Origin: the human T2T-CHM13v2.0 reference genome, Homo sapiens
Length of the DNA: 64,000 bases
Strand: one strand, 5' to 3'
NCBI RefSeq assembly: GCF_009914755.1
Contig: NC_060933.1
Shown: positions 41,888-55,830 of the stretch, piece after piece
Layout of the letters: each line of letters starts with the position of its first letter
Position numbering within the stretch: the stretch's first letter is position 1
The notes under the pieces: generated by a model
Told to the model about the DNA's origin: nothing
What the model saw: only the letters and a program-made list of their open reading frames with translations
The model's database searches: none
Translations under genes and position numbers: made by a program

Positions 41888-43334
41888 AAAGGATATGGAG
41901 TTTCTCTTGGAGTGATGAAAATATACTAAAACTGATTGTGAGAATGGTTGGATGTCTCTGTACATATACTAAAATCTATTATATTGTACACTTTAATGGG
42001 TGAATTGTACATGAGTTATATCTCAATAAAGCTGTTATTTAAAAAAGCTAGAATATTGTAGACATGAGGGTCATATGTAGATTAGATCTCTTCACTATAT
42101 CTTCCATGTCTCTCCTCTTTTCTTATGTTTAACAAAATATGTTTATCTTCCTGCTTAGAGTTTTGTGTTTCTCATTTATCTTCCACTTTGGTAATCTGAT
42201 ATTCTGTAGTATTTACCTGCTTTCATTACAACTTTAATTCCACAGTTTTGTTTTCATCTTTACCCAGTCTTTCCTGATGTCAGATTGTGACTTCTTCATG
42301 ACTTTGATTTAGTTTCATAGGTGCAATATGTTCTTGAATCTTGCTGAGAATAAGACTCATGAATGTTGCACGTTTTGTCCTGCTTCTTGGAGGAAATCTA
42401 TTTCATAAGAGCATTTTTTTTTTAAAGAAAATGGTTCTTCTGACCTTCAGTGCTATGTATTTATGTCATAGATATGGTGATTTTACTGTTTTTTACTTGG
42501 GGCATCTTACCTCCATGGGACCACTTTGACTGTCCTCCAGTGGACCAGCAATTAGCACCAATCAGCTGTCTGTTAAATGCTGTATATGCCCTGGGTAATG
42601 CCAGTCTTAGTGGTCTTCAGCAGGGTCAGTCTACATTGCTAATGGAGTGTTAACTAAAGTTTATTTGTCATATTTCCTGAAAATTTGAATGTGGGAACAT
42701 CAGATATCTGCTATAAGTTATCATCTTAGCCAGTCACTTTCTGGTCAAGTTCATTTGCCAAAAAGTTTAATGTAGAATTGCCTATACATAGATTAGGATT
42801 ATTGAGACTCACAGATGCATTGGCAGGAACTCAATTGGAAAAGCATTTGGAAAACTTCAGCTTTGAAACAAGAATGACTTATCATGTGATAATAATTGCA
42901 GGAAGAGGCAATAAAGGAGGCTTTTGTCAGAAATAGTGTTAGCTAGGTCAGTGGATCTAAAATTTGATTACTACCATACATAAAAATGAATTCCAGATGG
43001 ACTCAAGAGTTTAAAGAATGTACAGTCAGAAAACAGATTAAAGTAAAAGAGAGTTGTTATTTTTTCCCCTCTAGCAGAATACCTTACCAAGTATTGAAGT
43101 CATAGAAAAATAATTATAAGAGAAAGGGTTTCGAGTTTGGACCCATAAAATGAAAAACTGTTCAAAAACAAAAATTACTGAAATTTAAAAGACAAACATA
43201 GTTTGGATGTATTTGTAGTGAAAATACAAAGTCATGGTGATAGTATTTCATTTCTGCATGGAACCTCAGGAATTACTTTGGTCAAATTTCTCCCTGGGGG
43301 CTTGTGGCTAAATTGCTGTGAGAAGGCCATCAAG

Positions 43335-43570
43335 TATACTGATTAAGAACATGGCCTTTGGAGTTTCAAGGCCTGGGTTTGAGTTTCAGCTTTACTACCT
43401 ATTAGCTGTGTTACCTTAGGGAACCCATTCTCTTCTGAGCCTCAATTTCTTCATCTGTCACATGAAGGATGATCATAATCTCTACCTCACCAAGTTATAG
43501 TGAAAACAAGATGAGATAAAGGATTTAAAGTACCTAACAATGTCTGGCACACAGAAGGAGCTCAATATAT
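43335..43570 (+). mobile_element. MIR
   Basis: CCTGGGTTTGAGTTTCAGCTTTACTACC...TCTGAGCCTCAATTTCTTCATCTGT...TCTGGCACACAG. Confidence 0.85.
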
Positions 43571-43594
43571 GGTACTGCTTTTATTTATAATTGC

Positions 43595-43626
43595 CATCAT
43601 CATCCTTACCATCAATCATCATTGTT

Positions 43627-43669
<43 letters not shown>

Positions 43670-43670
43670 C
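43595..43670. repeat. (CAT)n microsatellite
   Basis: About 13-14 perfect ATC units plus degenerate flanks. Confidence 0.95.
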
Positions 43671-46600
43671 TACCTGTATTTGAATCCTGAATCAGCTTTC
43701 CTGAGTGTCAGAAGCTTTTTAGAATCTTCAAGGTGGCTTGTAAGAAGTCAGCCTTACAGGTGGATAAGGGGAAAATGAGGCCAGATTGGGCAAGATCCCA
43801 GCTGTTGCTTTGCTCTGGTTTCCTCTCTTCCCTCTGCTGGTTTCCTGGCTTCACACTGCTCTCCCTGATTTTAGACATTCCATCTCCTGGCCAGTCCTGA
43901 TGTTCCAGGACACCGTGTGACACTGGGAAGGTTATAAAACTTTTCCGAGCCATAGTTTTCTCACTCAGAATTTGGGAATAATAATTTCTACATCCTTGCA
44001 GCTGTGGTGAGGATTTTCAAAAGTGCATGGTTATGAAATTTAGCATAGTAGCAGGCATATTGCAGGTCTTCCAAGACTCTTAATTAATTTTGAGAGAAGG
44101 TGACTTGCTCAATGTCACATATCTTATTGAACCAAGGAATGCCCTTGGGCACACAGTGTCTAACTATTGTTAGATTTATGGCCTGGTCTCATGTTAAATA
44201 TGGAAAGGCAGGCTGTTGCTTGGATATGCAATGCTTGACCCAGTTCCCTCTAAGCTTCATATTCATCCACTTCGGAAATTCCTAGATTGGCTTTTCCTCA
44301 CCAAGTAGTAATATCCTTTTAGCTTTCTGTGATAGCTTTCTTTTCTTTTATTTAATTTTTAAATACTTATGACCACTTTAAAAATACAGAATTTAAAGAT
44401 CCAAATCTGACACCCTTCCCCCATGTAGCAGTTGGCAAACACACTAAAAATATGCTAAAAATTTTATGTGTGTACTTTTTTTTTTACCCCCAAAGAAATA
44501 ATAAAAAAATTATACTTGCAAAACATGTAATGTGGGTCTTGAATCAAGTAATCAAGTTACTTCTGCCAGATGCCTCTGACAGCACCCAAGAGGGTCTGGA
44601 CTCCTGGGGTTACTTTCCCTGTGTGCACCCATCTGCACGTCTGCACTTTGTGAGTGCGCAGGGTATAAGCTGTTTGTGGCCCACCCTTCAGTGCACAATT
44701 CCTGGTGTTAAAAGGCAATACTAAGGACATTTTTTTTTGTTTGTTTCAAACAGCATATTTTTGCCTCAACAGTCTGATGCTGAAGCAGACCTCCTCTGGA
44801 AAAGCAAGTCTGTTTCTTGTGCAATTCCTCCCCACTGCACCCCTCCCTTTCCAACCCTAGCCATATGCTTTTCCTATCTAACTCCCATCTCTTGGATGCC
44901 ATACGGTTTGGCAGAATCTTGGCATAGGGCTCAGAGATCTGAAATTGTGTGGGGTGTGGTGTCTGACCACTCTCCCTTTGTCTGTCCGGCTTGACTTACT
45001 GCAGTAATATGGCTATGCATGGTAATATGGGCCTGATTTCCCCCTCAGGTAGTTGGAATCAATTGCATCTCATTGATATTGATATGCTCACCCTGATTTA
45101 AACATTGCCTTTTAATTTAAAGAATTTTATTGGGAAGGTGTTCTTAGCATATGTTCCCAAATGACATTATTCTTCTGTAGCTGTGATTCATTGGGAACGG
45201 ATTCAGCAGGAGCTGGATCATATGCCCCTTTGGATGTGGTTTCTCTACCTACAAGTTGTAGTGCCACAGTGCCTGGCACCATTGATGAATGGCTGCTCAT
45301 GACTTATTTAATATAGAAGATATACTTGCATTGTGATGGCCTCTGTACTGCAAACACTCCAAGGTCAGTTGTGGAAAACTGCAGAAAGGGCACAATATCC
45401 ACTGCCATCTTGTTTCCCTGACCTCTGCCTTCCCCAGCAACTTCTCACTAGGTTCCCTGGCACCTTCCTCCCCTAGCCTACCTGCTAAAGCCTGTTCATT
45501 GCTAACCAAACTTTGGACGTATGCACTGCCAGGAGCTAGCCCAGGGCACTTATGTAGCTCTTTATCCATCCATTCATTCATTAATCCATCCATTGATTCA
45601 CTCACTCATGAAACATTTACTGAATCCTTGCTCCCAGGTAAGTTCTCCTCTAGGCCCTGTGAAGGAGATAGGAAAGTAAGGGAAAATTGCTTGACAGTAA
45701 GATAAGAATCAAAGAAGAGATTTTAACTCAGCCGGGGCTAAGCAGAGAGGGGGTCATAGGGGAACAGTTCCTGGGAAGCAAACTCATGGAACTGAGTCTC
45801 CTTGCTTAACCAGCCCTTCTGCCTCCTTTCACACCACAGGACTGGTTCCTGCCTTGTACTTTACTAGTTACCTTCCTAATTCTCCATTCTTATCTTTGGG
45901 TGGATGTCTCTTCCTGAACCTCAGTGAATTTGTTGGAACCCAGATATTCTATTTAACTCCCTTTGTCCCTCTCCTGCATGATGGAATGTACTCAGCCCCC
46001 TGTCCATTGGCAGGGACCTTCCAGAGCCAGGTATACCACCTATTGGCTCCTGAGCTCTTTGGCCTCTGAATCTTGGACCTTACTGTTGGGTCATCCTCCC
46101 AAATAGTCAGAATACCCAACACAGGTATGTGGAGAACCAGACTTTCAGATCTGGGCTGGGGGCCACATACTTGTCCGGAAACAGGTTAGCATCCCCAGAC
46201 CCTTCTCTCTGTTCCCACTTCTGGTTGTTTTTCTCCTCCCAGCTCAGAGTCCACATTTAACAATTGCCCCCATCCTGCACATCCTGCACCAAGATTCTAG
46301 CATGCCTTACATCTGAGCACATCTGAACTGTAAGTATAACTTACCTATATGTTGAATGAACTTGGTAGAATACAATCCAAGAATAACTTTATTGACACCC
46401 CCACTGCCACTGCTCTTCAAACCAGTTCTGTTGGGAACCCCTTTTCTATTTACTAGAAAGCATTTCAAAAAAAGATAGAAGTTTTTTTTGTAATAGCAGG
46501 CATTAGAATAGTCTCATTTTTTGAGTATTAAAAAGCTCAATATGATTTAAATTAAAACTTCACTCTTTTACCAGATTCTATTTGTCCTCTACTGCCTAGC

Positions 46601-47984
46601 TTAGGACAGACCCAGGCTCAGCTTCCTGCCTTGGAGAAGGGAGATGTGGTCTGTTTTTGACTCTGTCTCCTGGCTTTTGCTCCCTCCTCTCTACTCACTT
46701 ACTGCTTCTAGATAAGTGAGGAGGAAAAGCGAGAAGGAGATCTTATTTGACAACTGCTGGCATAATGGGACCTGATGCTTTGTGTGTGGTGATGGCCCAC
46801 ATGCTCAAGGAGATTCTATGAGTCCTTCAAGCCACATTCCTGGTCCTCCCAGAGATCTCTGACACTGCACAGCTCTCCCAAGTTGTTGATACATTCTCTA
46901 GCTGGCTGTCATAATCTGCTTCTACCTCCCTGAGCTCTTGCTCAGAGGAAACATCTCCAGACTTCCCACTGAAATCTCTTCAGTCTGTGGGCAATCTTCC
47001 TTTGCAGGGGTTTTTTCAAGATGACTGCAGCTTAGCAACTTTTGGTGAAGTTACCTTAACCCATAGGGAAACCTACACCCCTGCCTTTCCTTCTGAGGAA
47101 GTGGAGCTTGCTTGCACTGTGGCTGTCCTTCTCCACTCTGCAGTCATAGGCAGCTCCCTGGGGGCTGTGGTGAGGCAAAGTACACACCCTATGACCCTGC
47201 CATGGAGAGCAAAAGAGGATGCCACACATTTCCTGCCAGGCAGACAACAAAGAAACTCTTACTTTGACTCTGAAAGCTTGTTTAGGATGAACTAAGAGAT
47301 CCAGGTCTCACTTGTGGCCACCTTTCAGCTTTGAGCTTTAGCCAAAATTCTAAGACATCAACACAATCGCCATTTAGCAAAGACACAGTGTGAGGTGTTT
47401 TATTAGGAAAATGTACCAGACAGGAATAGTCTAGCCTTGGAGAAACTTGTACTATATTGATTCATGAGCTGAGATGCCCTTACTGCTCAGCAAAGCACAC
47501 ACAGCCATGGCTAATGCTGTAATGGGCCCTGTTTTCCCCTTGATTGGTATGAGTCTCTTCCAGCACATTTTTAGCCATTGGATCTGTAGGAAAACCAGTG
47601 AAGAGCAGGAATTGAATGGAAAGATTGTTAGGTGGACTCAAGTCATACCTGCTGTGCACTGTGGGCCATAAGCATGCAATAAGGAGGAAAAAGGCATATT
47701 GATAAAAGCTGGTCATGGTGACAGGAAACATGTGTGCCATCAGTGAACAAGACATCAATGAGTATGACTCACTCCTCCCCCACCTGAGCCTCAGCCTGTG
47801 ATGGTAGTGAATATGTATATGTATACATGCAAGAATGAAGGACAGAGTTCATTAAGAGTATTAAAGTGTGTAAAAGAGTGGATTAAAAAGTTGTGAGTGT
47901 TAAGAAGGTGTTATTTCAAGAAAGAGAAATCCAACTGGAAGAGAATTTGAGTCTGTGAGGTATGCATGTGTATGTGAGAGGTAA

Positions 47985-48668
47985 GTGAGGAAAAGGTGGA
48001 GAGAAAGAGAAAGTGATAAAAAAAGAAAAAAGAGAGATAAAAAAGAAAGAAAGAGAGATTTAATAGAAAAAAGAGAAAGAAAAGGAGAAGAGAAAGAGAA
48101 AGGAGAAAGAGAAAGAGGAAAAAATGAAAGGGAGAAAGAATGAGAGAGAAGGAGAAAGGAAAAAGAGAGAAAGAAAGGGAGAGAGAAAGGGAAAGTGAAA
48201 GAGAAAGGAAAAGAGGAAGAAGGGAATGAAAAAGAGGGAAAGAGAATGAGAGAAAGGCAAAGAGAAAGGAAAAGAAGGAGAGAGAGAAAGGTAGAAAGAG
48301 AAAAGGAAAGACACAAAGAGAAAAAGGGAAAGAGAAAGAGAAAGAAAGGGAAAGAGAAAGAAAAAAAGGGGGAGAGAAAGGGAAAGGGAAAGAGAAAGGC
48401 AAAGAAAAAGGAAAAGAGAGAGAGAAAGATAGAAAGAGAAAAGATGCAAAGAAGAGAAAGAAAGGAAAAGAGAGGGAAATAGAAAAAGAGAGAAAAAGAA
48501 AGGGAAACAGAAAGAGAAAGAACAAAGAGAAAGAAAGGAAAAGAGAGAGAGAAAGGAAAAGAGAAAGAGAAAGGGCTAGAGAAAGATGTAGAAAGAAAAA
48601 GAAAGGGAGAGAAAGAGAAAGTGGAAAGGAGAAAGGAAAGAGAAAGTGAAAGAGGAACAAAGAGAGTT
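47985..48668 (+). repeat. Polypurine (GA-rich) low-complexity tract
   Basis: About 680 bp almost all A/G on the + strand, GAAA/GAGAAA/GGAAA-type units. Confidence 0.95.
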
Positions 48669-48729
48669 TATTCAACATAGATTATAGTCACATTCTCAAG
48701 GGGAAAAATATAATGTTCTGTGCAAATGA

Positions 48730-51700
48730 AAGAAAATTCAAAAATAAGTAGTCACAGTTTCTCCAGATGAGAAGGAACCAGTGGGATAATTCTGGAAGTA
48801 TGAAAAAACAGTATGTTCTGACAGTAACCAAAATGAAATTTTTGAAGTGCAGATAAAGAATTAAAAAATATTTATTTTAAAGCTCAATGAGATCCAACAG
48901 AAGTCTGAAAACCAATCAAAGAAATCAGAAAATTAATTTAGAATGTGAACAAAAAATTTATCAAAGAGATAGTTATTAAGAAAACAACTTCTACAAAAGA
49001 AAAATTTATGAAAGTGATTACAAAATGCAGTTGAAAGCTCCAACAATAGACTAGACCAAGCAGAAGAAAGAATCTGAAAGCTTGAAGACATGTATTTCCA
49101 ATTAATCCAGTCAGACAAAAAGAAAAAAGAATTTAAGAAAAATGAATAAAGGCTTTGAGAAGCCCGTGACTATGTAAACTGTTTGAACCTATGACTCTTA
49201 GGTATTTCTGAGGGAGAAAAAAAAGCAAAAAGTTTAGAAAACATATCTGAGGAAATAGCTGAGGAAAACTTCCCTACTCTAGCAAGAGACCTAGACATCT
49301 AGATATAAAAGACTCAATGAACTCCAGGAAAATGCACTGCAAGAAGGACCTTGCCACAATATATAGTCATCAGACTGTATATCAACATGAAGGCAAAAAA
49401 AAAAAAAAATCCTAGAATCAGCAAGACGAAAGTGTTAGTCACCTATTAAGGAAGCCCCATCAGACTAACAGTGCACTTCTCAGCAGAGATCCTATAAACC
49501 AGAAGAGATTAAGGTTCTATTTTCGAAGTAGTTAAAAAAAATTTGTCAGCCCCAAATTTAAAGTTCTATTTTCAAAGTAGTTAAAAAAAATTTGTCAGCC
49601 CCAAATTTGGGATAAAAAGCATTTTTAAACAAATGAAAATGGAGATACAACAACAAAAACTTCTGGAATACAGCAAAAGCAGTGCTAAGAGGGAAGTTCA
49701 TGGCAAGAAATCCTACATCAAAAAATAGAAAGATAAAAAATTAACAACCTAATGATACAACCTAAGGATCTAGAAAAACAAGACCAAACCAAACCCAAAG
49801 CTATGAGAATAAATAACAAAGAGTAGAGGAGACTAAATGGAATTAAGACCAAACAAACAAACAAACAAACAAAAAATACAAAGGATCAATAAAACAAAAA
49901 GTTTTTTTGAAAGATAAACAAAATTGATAGACCACTGGCTAGATAAACATAGAAAAGAGAAGATTCAAATAAACACAATCAGAAATAAAAAATGAGACAT
50001 TATAACTGATACCACAGAAATACAAAAGATAACCAGAGACTACTATGAATAATTCTCTGCTCACAAACTAGAAAATCCAGAGGAAACAGATAAATTCCCA
50101 GAAACATACAACTTCCCAAGATTGAACCAGGAAGAAATAGAAATCCTGAACAGACCAATAATAAGAAGTGAGATTGAATCTGTAATAAAACATCTCCCAA
50201 TTAAAAAAATAAATAAAAAGCCCAGGACCAAATGGATTCACAGCTTAATTCTACCAAACATACAAAGAAGAACTGGTACCAATCCTATTCCAAAAAATTG
50301 AAGAGGAGAGAATCTTCCCTAATTCGTCCTACAAAGTCAGTATCACCCTGGTACCAAAGCCAGACAAGGAAACAACAACAACAAACAACAACAACAACAA
50401 CAACAACGAAACTACAGACCAATATCCCAGACTAACATAGATGCAAAAATCCTCTACAAAATATTGCTTGAGCAAATTCAACAGCACATGAAAAAGATAA
50501 TACACCATGGCCAAGTAAGTTTTATTCCAGGGATACAAGGGTGGGTCAACATATGCAAATCAATAAATGTGATCACATAAATAGGATTTAAAACAAAAAC
50601 TGTATGATTATTTAAAGAGATGCAGAAAAAGCATGTGATAAAATTCAGCATCTCTTCATGATAAAAACCCTCAATAAATTAGGCATGGGAGTAACATACC
50701 TCACAATAATAAAAGGCATACATGACAAACCCACAGTAAACATAGTACTGAATGGGGGAAAAGTTGAAAACATTCCCTGTAAGAACTGGAACAAGGCGAG
50801 TATGCCAACTTTCAACACTCCTACTCAACATAGTACTGGAAGTCCTAGCCAGAACAATCAGGCAAGAGACAGAAATAAAAGGTATTCAAACTGGAAAAGA
50901 GGAAGTCAAATTATCTCTGTTTGCTGATGATATGACCTTATACCGAGAAAACCCTAAAGACTCTGCCTAAAGACTCCTAGATTTGATAAATGAATTCAGT
51001 AAAATTTCAGGATACAAAATTCATGTGCAAAAACCATTAGCATTTCTATACACCAATAACAATCAAGCTGAGAACCAAATGAAGAACTCAATCTCATTTA
51101 TAATAGCCACAAAAACAACAAAATACCTAGGAATATATTTAACCAAGGAGGTGAAAAGTCTCTATGAGGAAAACTACAAAACACGGATAAAAGTATTTAT
51201 AGATGACATACAAAAAAAATGGAAAAAATACCATGCTCATGGATCAGAAGAATCAATATTGTTAAAAAAAACACATTGTCCAAAGCAATCTACAGATTGA
51301 ACGCTTTCTCTATAAAAATAACAACCTCATTTTTCACAAATTTAGAAAAAATAAAACTAAAATTCATATGTAACAAAGAAGACCCCAAATAGCCAAATCA
51401 AGCCTAAGCAAAATGAATGAAGTGGGAGGCATGACATTACTTAACTTCAAATTATACTACAAGGCTATAGCAACCAAAATAGTGTGGTACTGGTACAAAA
51501 ATAGACAAATAGATCAATGAAACAGGTTGGAGAACACAAATAAAGCTACATACCTACAGCCAACTGATCTTTGACAAAGTTGACAAAAACATACACTGGG
51601 GAAAGGATACCCTATTCAATAAATGGTGCTGGGAAAATTGGATAGCCATATGCCCAAGAGTGAAACTGGACTCCTATTTCTCACCATATACAAAAATTAA

Positions 51701-52852
51701 CTCAATATGGATTAAAGAGTTAAATATAAGACCTGAAACTATAAAAATACTGGAAGAAAACCTAGGAAAATCTCTTCTGGATATTGGCATAGGCAAAGAA
51801 TTCATGACTAAGAACTCAAAAAAAAAATGCAACAACAACAAAAATAGACAAATGAGACTTACACTCAAGAGCTCTGCACAGCAAAAGAAACAGTCGACAG
51901 AGTGAACAAACAACCTACAGAATGGGAGAACATATTTGCAAACTAAGCATCCAACAAAGGACTAATATCCAGAATCTACAGGGAACTCAAACCAACAACA
52001 ACAATAAAAAACAATAAATAACCCCATTAAAAATGGGCAAAGGACATGAACAGACATTTTAAGACATACAAATTGCCAACAAGCATATGAAAAAAATGCA
52101 CACCACCACTGATCATTAGAGAAATGGAAATTAAAACCATAATTAGATACCATGTTACACCAGTCAGCTGGCTATTATTAAAAGTCGAAAAATAACAGAT
52201 GTTGGCGAGGATCTAAAAAAAAAATGCTTATTCACTGTGGGTGGGAATGTAAATTAGTACAACCTCTATGGAAAACAGTATGCAGATTTCTCAAAGAACT
52301 AAAAATAAAACTACCATTTGATCTAGAAATTCCACTACTGGCTATCTATCCAAAGGAAAATAAATTATTATGTCAAAAAGATACCTGTACCCATATTTTA
52401 TAGCAGCACTATTCATAATAGGAAAGATATAAAATCACCCCAAATGTCCATCGATAAGTGATTGGATTTAAAAATGTTGCACGTGTATACAGTGGAACAC
52501 TACTCAACCACAAAAAAGAATGAAATCGTATCTTTTGCAGCAACATGGGTGGAAGTAGAGGCCATTATCTTAAGTGGAATAATTCGGAAACAGTAAAATA
52601 CTGCATGTTCTCAATGACATGTGGGAGCTAAATAATGTGTATACATGGACACAGAGGGTGAAATAATATACACTAGAGACTTGAAAGGGGGGGAAGTTGG
52701 GAGAGAATGAGGGATGAGAAAGTACTTAATGGGTACAATGAGCACTATTCAGGTGATGGCCACACTAAAAGCCCAGACTTCACCTTTATGCGATATATCC
52801 ATGTAACAAAACTGCACTTGTTCCCCCTGAATCTATAAAAATAAAAAACAAA
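48730..52852 (+). mobile_element. L1PB (PB3/PB4-like), 5'-truncated, with a large internal deletion
   Basis: ORF1 remnants at 48760-49560; ORF2 RT motif KLSLFADDM (50752-50970); 3'UTR CACTAAAAGCCCAGACTTCACC...GTAACAAAACTGCACTTG...AATCTATAAAAATAAAAAA. Confidence 0.93.
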
Positions 52853-53528
52853 AGAGAAAGAGCACTCAGAAGGAGGGAGCTGCAGCAGCTTCGGTAAAGG
52901 TGCACCATTAGAAACACAAGCCCTCATACCCAGAAGTAAGGTAGACTCGGCAGAGACCAAGAGCCTGGTTAAGTGGGAGGGGTCATTGATAGTTTGGCTG
53001 ACTGATGTGGACTTGGATCCTTGCCTTCTTTGACCTTTAATAATTTCCAAGCCACCCTGTGTAGTTAGAATCCAAGTCCTGGGATCTCCTTGGTAACCCC
53101 CAGTGCTCCAGTCTCCCATGACCCCAACAAGAAGAACTCAGTGTCACACCTGTTTTCACCCAGCCTGTTAGCCCATCTTCCCAGCTGTGTCTTTGCTCGC
53201 CCCTCTCCACGTGGCCCAGGTGGAGGAGATTTCAGAGAAGCTTCACAGCTTTTTTTAGTATGCTCTGCCTGCTTTGGAGTCAGAAAGCCTCGGCTTGATC
53301 TAAACGTTATCGTTTCCTCCTGGACAAGTTTGGACAAGTCACCAAGTTTCTCCAGGCCTAGTTTCCACTTAGCCCCTATGGTGATTGCAAGACTTGAATG
53401 AAGTCACTGTTAAGTAATGCACAGATATCAGTTGTTAACAGAACTCTAAGGCAATAGTGTTAAAAATGATGTATAATTTCAAGCTAGGGAACATGCAGAA
53501 ATTATTTTTCATGGCCACATGCATTACA

Positions 53529-53700
53529 TCAGTGTTTTTCAACCTTTTTCGAGGGTAAGAATTACTTGGAACTCTCAGAAAATACAGATTGCTGGGCTCT
53601 TTGTCAGATAATTTCTAGGGGAGAAGCCTGATAGTCTACAAATTTAGCAAGCAAGGCTTCCAGCTTCCTGTCAGTAGTCAAGTTTGGGAAATCTGCTTCT
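53529..53700. mobile_element. MER5-family hAT MITE
   Basis: CAGTGTTTTTCAACC...AGAATTACTTGG...AAATACAGATTGCTGGGC...AAGTTTGGGAAA. Confidence 0.6.
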
Positions 53701-54739
53701 ATGATGCTGTTTAATACTCAGGTGCTGGGAATCTGGTAGAGGAGGTAAGCATACAGAAGGGAGGTTGAGGGTAGGAAAGAAGAGGCTTTCAATAATCTGC
53801 TAGAGATGAGCACCGCAGCCTTATCTTTTAAGTGTGGGGCAGTACAGTTACCGTTATTAGTCCTGGCTGTGAATCAGTCAGGAGCCTTTGCACTGAGGCT
53901 GCCCTTCTCTCTGTTGCTCTCATCTTGAAGATTAACAGCCCTATTCTTCAGTGGCTGCACCTGTCTGAGGAAGTCAGGGCATACTAAAAGCGTGAAGGCA
54001 AGGAAGGGCACTGAGAGGTGTCCACTCTAGCTGTCACTGGGGCTCTGCGGGCAGGAGTCTGATGAGGGCAAAATGCTTTGGCCAAGGCGGGCTTCAGCTT
54101 GACCCAGAGGTGAGTTTGTCCAGCCCTCCCTGTCTCTTGTGGGTACAGAACTTCACTGCTCTGGTTGCATAAATTGACCGTCAAGGGCAGAAAGGACATT
54201 GCAGCCTACTCACCTCTTAGGAAACAGGACACCAACTTTGTTTTCTCTAGCAGAGCCTGGCTGGATGGTTACAATTGCATGTGCTCTACCAGGGAAAACT
54301 GTGGTGGGAAATGATATTTGTCACATCTAGGCTTGGTAGTTACAATTTTTCTACAATATTACCGGCTGCTTCCTTGTCTGAGCAGCAGGAAGTGAAGGTC
54401 TCTGAAACAGTAGAACTACACGATAAAAGCATTCAGATCCCTGATCCCAGGATGAAGAACCTGCCAGGCCCTTATGGGACCGTGGCAGCCATATGATATA
54501 CAGCACTGAGATTTTAGGTTGTTATCATAGGTCGGACATCCCTGCAGTCCAGCAATTCTGTGATCATAATCTGTGTCCGATTCATTTTCACAACCCCAAT
54601 AGCTAGAGACAGTGCCTGGAATTGAGTAGGTGCAAATGAAAATACTCTAAGTAGGCAAGGGAGGTATGGAGTCACGCTCACTTCGGCTGCTGAAGGAGGG
54701 CGATGACCTCTGTCTTTGTATAGTAAAAGGTACAATGCT

Positions 54740-54920
54740 AAAACACAAGTTTGGGGCCAGATATACTTGGGTTCAAATTTCTGCTCTGCCTCTGTTAGCC
54801 TCAGTCTTGACATGTGTAAAATGGACTTGAAAGCTCCAACTGCTATAATTGTTCTGGGGATTAACAGATGACATTTTTGACATAGTTACAGGGCTATCAG
54901 AATGTTCATTTATGTAATAC
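54740..54920 (+). mobile_element. MIR
   Basis: CTTGGGTTCAAATTTCTGCTCTGCC...GCCTCAGT...TGTAAAATGG. Confidence 0.65.
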
Positions 54921-55559
54921 ATTGAGCTTGGTTCCCACCTGTGATCATCCCTGAATCCACGCATTGATCTTCTTCTGGTTGGGGGTATCTAAACATAAAT
55001 GTATTGGACCTTTCTTATACCTGGGGAATAACTTGTTAAAAGGATGCAGAGGTTTCTCAGGACCATGGAGGCTAGAGATCAGCTGGATCTCAAGGGCTAC
55101 TCTGCCCCTCTGGGCTGCTGCTTCATCTCTCATCCTCCACACTAGCCTACTCTGATTCTTGGCCCACAGATTTCACTGTTAGAGGCTCTCATTTTAAGTG
55201 ACCAGGCTGAATTGACTGAAGTCTAAAGTCTTGGGCAGGAGGGCTCAGCCCACTTTACTGTAACATAAGCTCTGAGGGAATTATTCACCACTTCTCTCTC
55301 ACATATACAAAATCAGTGCTTTTCAAAGTTACCTGATAAGAATCACCTGTGGAGCATATTAAAAAAATCCAGATTCCCCAGCACTGACTACAGTTTCTGG
55401 CACATAGTAGGCTATCAAAAATGAATGAACAGCCAGTGAATGGAGACCTGAAGTCCTCTTGCATGGTTGGGAGTGCATTCTGTACAATTTCCAGCAAAGG
55501 ATGGGATGTATGAACAATCATTATATCTCCATGGCTGTTGTTTTAGATGTTAATAATGA

Positions 55560-55664
55560 CCGGCCACCATTTACTGATCACCTACTCTTTGCCAGGCATT
55601 GTACTAAATGCTCCATTATAGATTGTGAAGCAGGTGCTATTGTTATTATCATTCATTCTCATAT

Positions 55665-55699
<35 letters not shown>

Positions 55700-55830
55700 G
55701 TCTAACACAAAGAAAGCTCAGAGAGGATAGTAACTTTCTTGAATTCCCACAGCTAGTGAGAAAAAGACCTGGGCTTTGAACCCAGGCAGTCTGACTCTAG
55801 CACTGGTGTTACAAACTGCAACACACTTAA
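55560..55830 (-). mobile_element. MIR with embedded (TCTG/TC)n
   Basis: ATTTACTGATCACCTACTCTTTGCCAGGCATTGTACTAA...GCTCAGAGAGG...CTTTGAACCCAGGCAGTCTGACTC. Confidence 0.8.

Larger units (their letters stand above)
40170..42046 (+). mobile_element. L1MB-type 3' end (ORF2 end plus 3'UTR) with two nested insertions
   Basis: [11 protein letters not shown] motif, TATATACCCAAGAGAAATG, ends GAGTTATATCTCAATAAAGCTGTTATTTAAAAAA. Confidence 0.88.

Noticed and set aside
43569-43778. Poly-histidine protein
   Set aside because: A (CAT)n microsatellite next to a MIR.
47900-48678. 255-aa F/L/S-rich and K/E/R-rich ORFs
   Set aside because: Products of the polypurine low-complexity tract.
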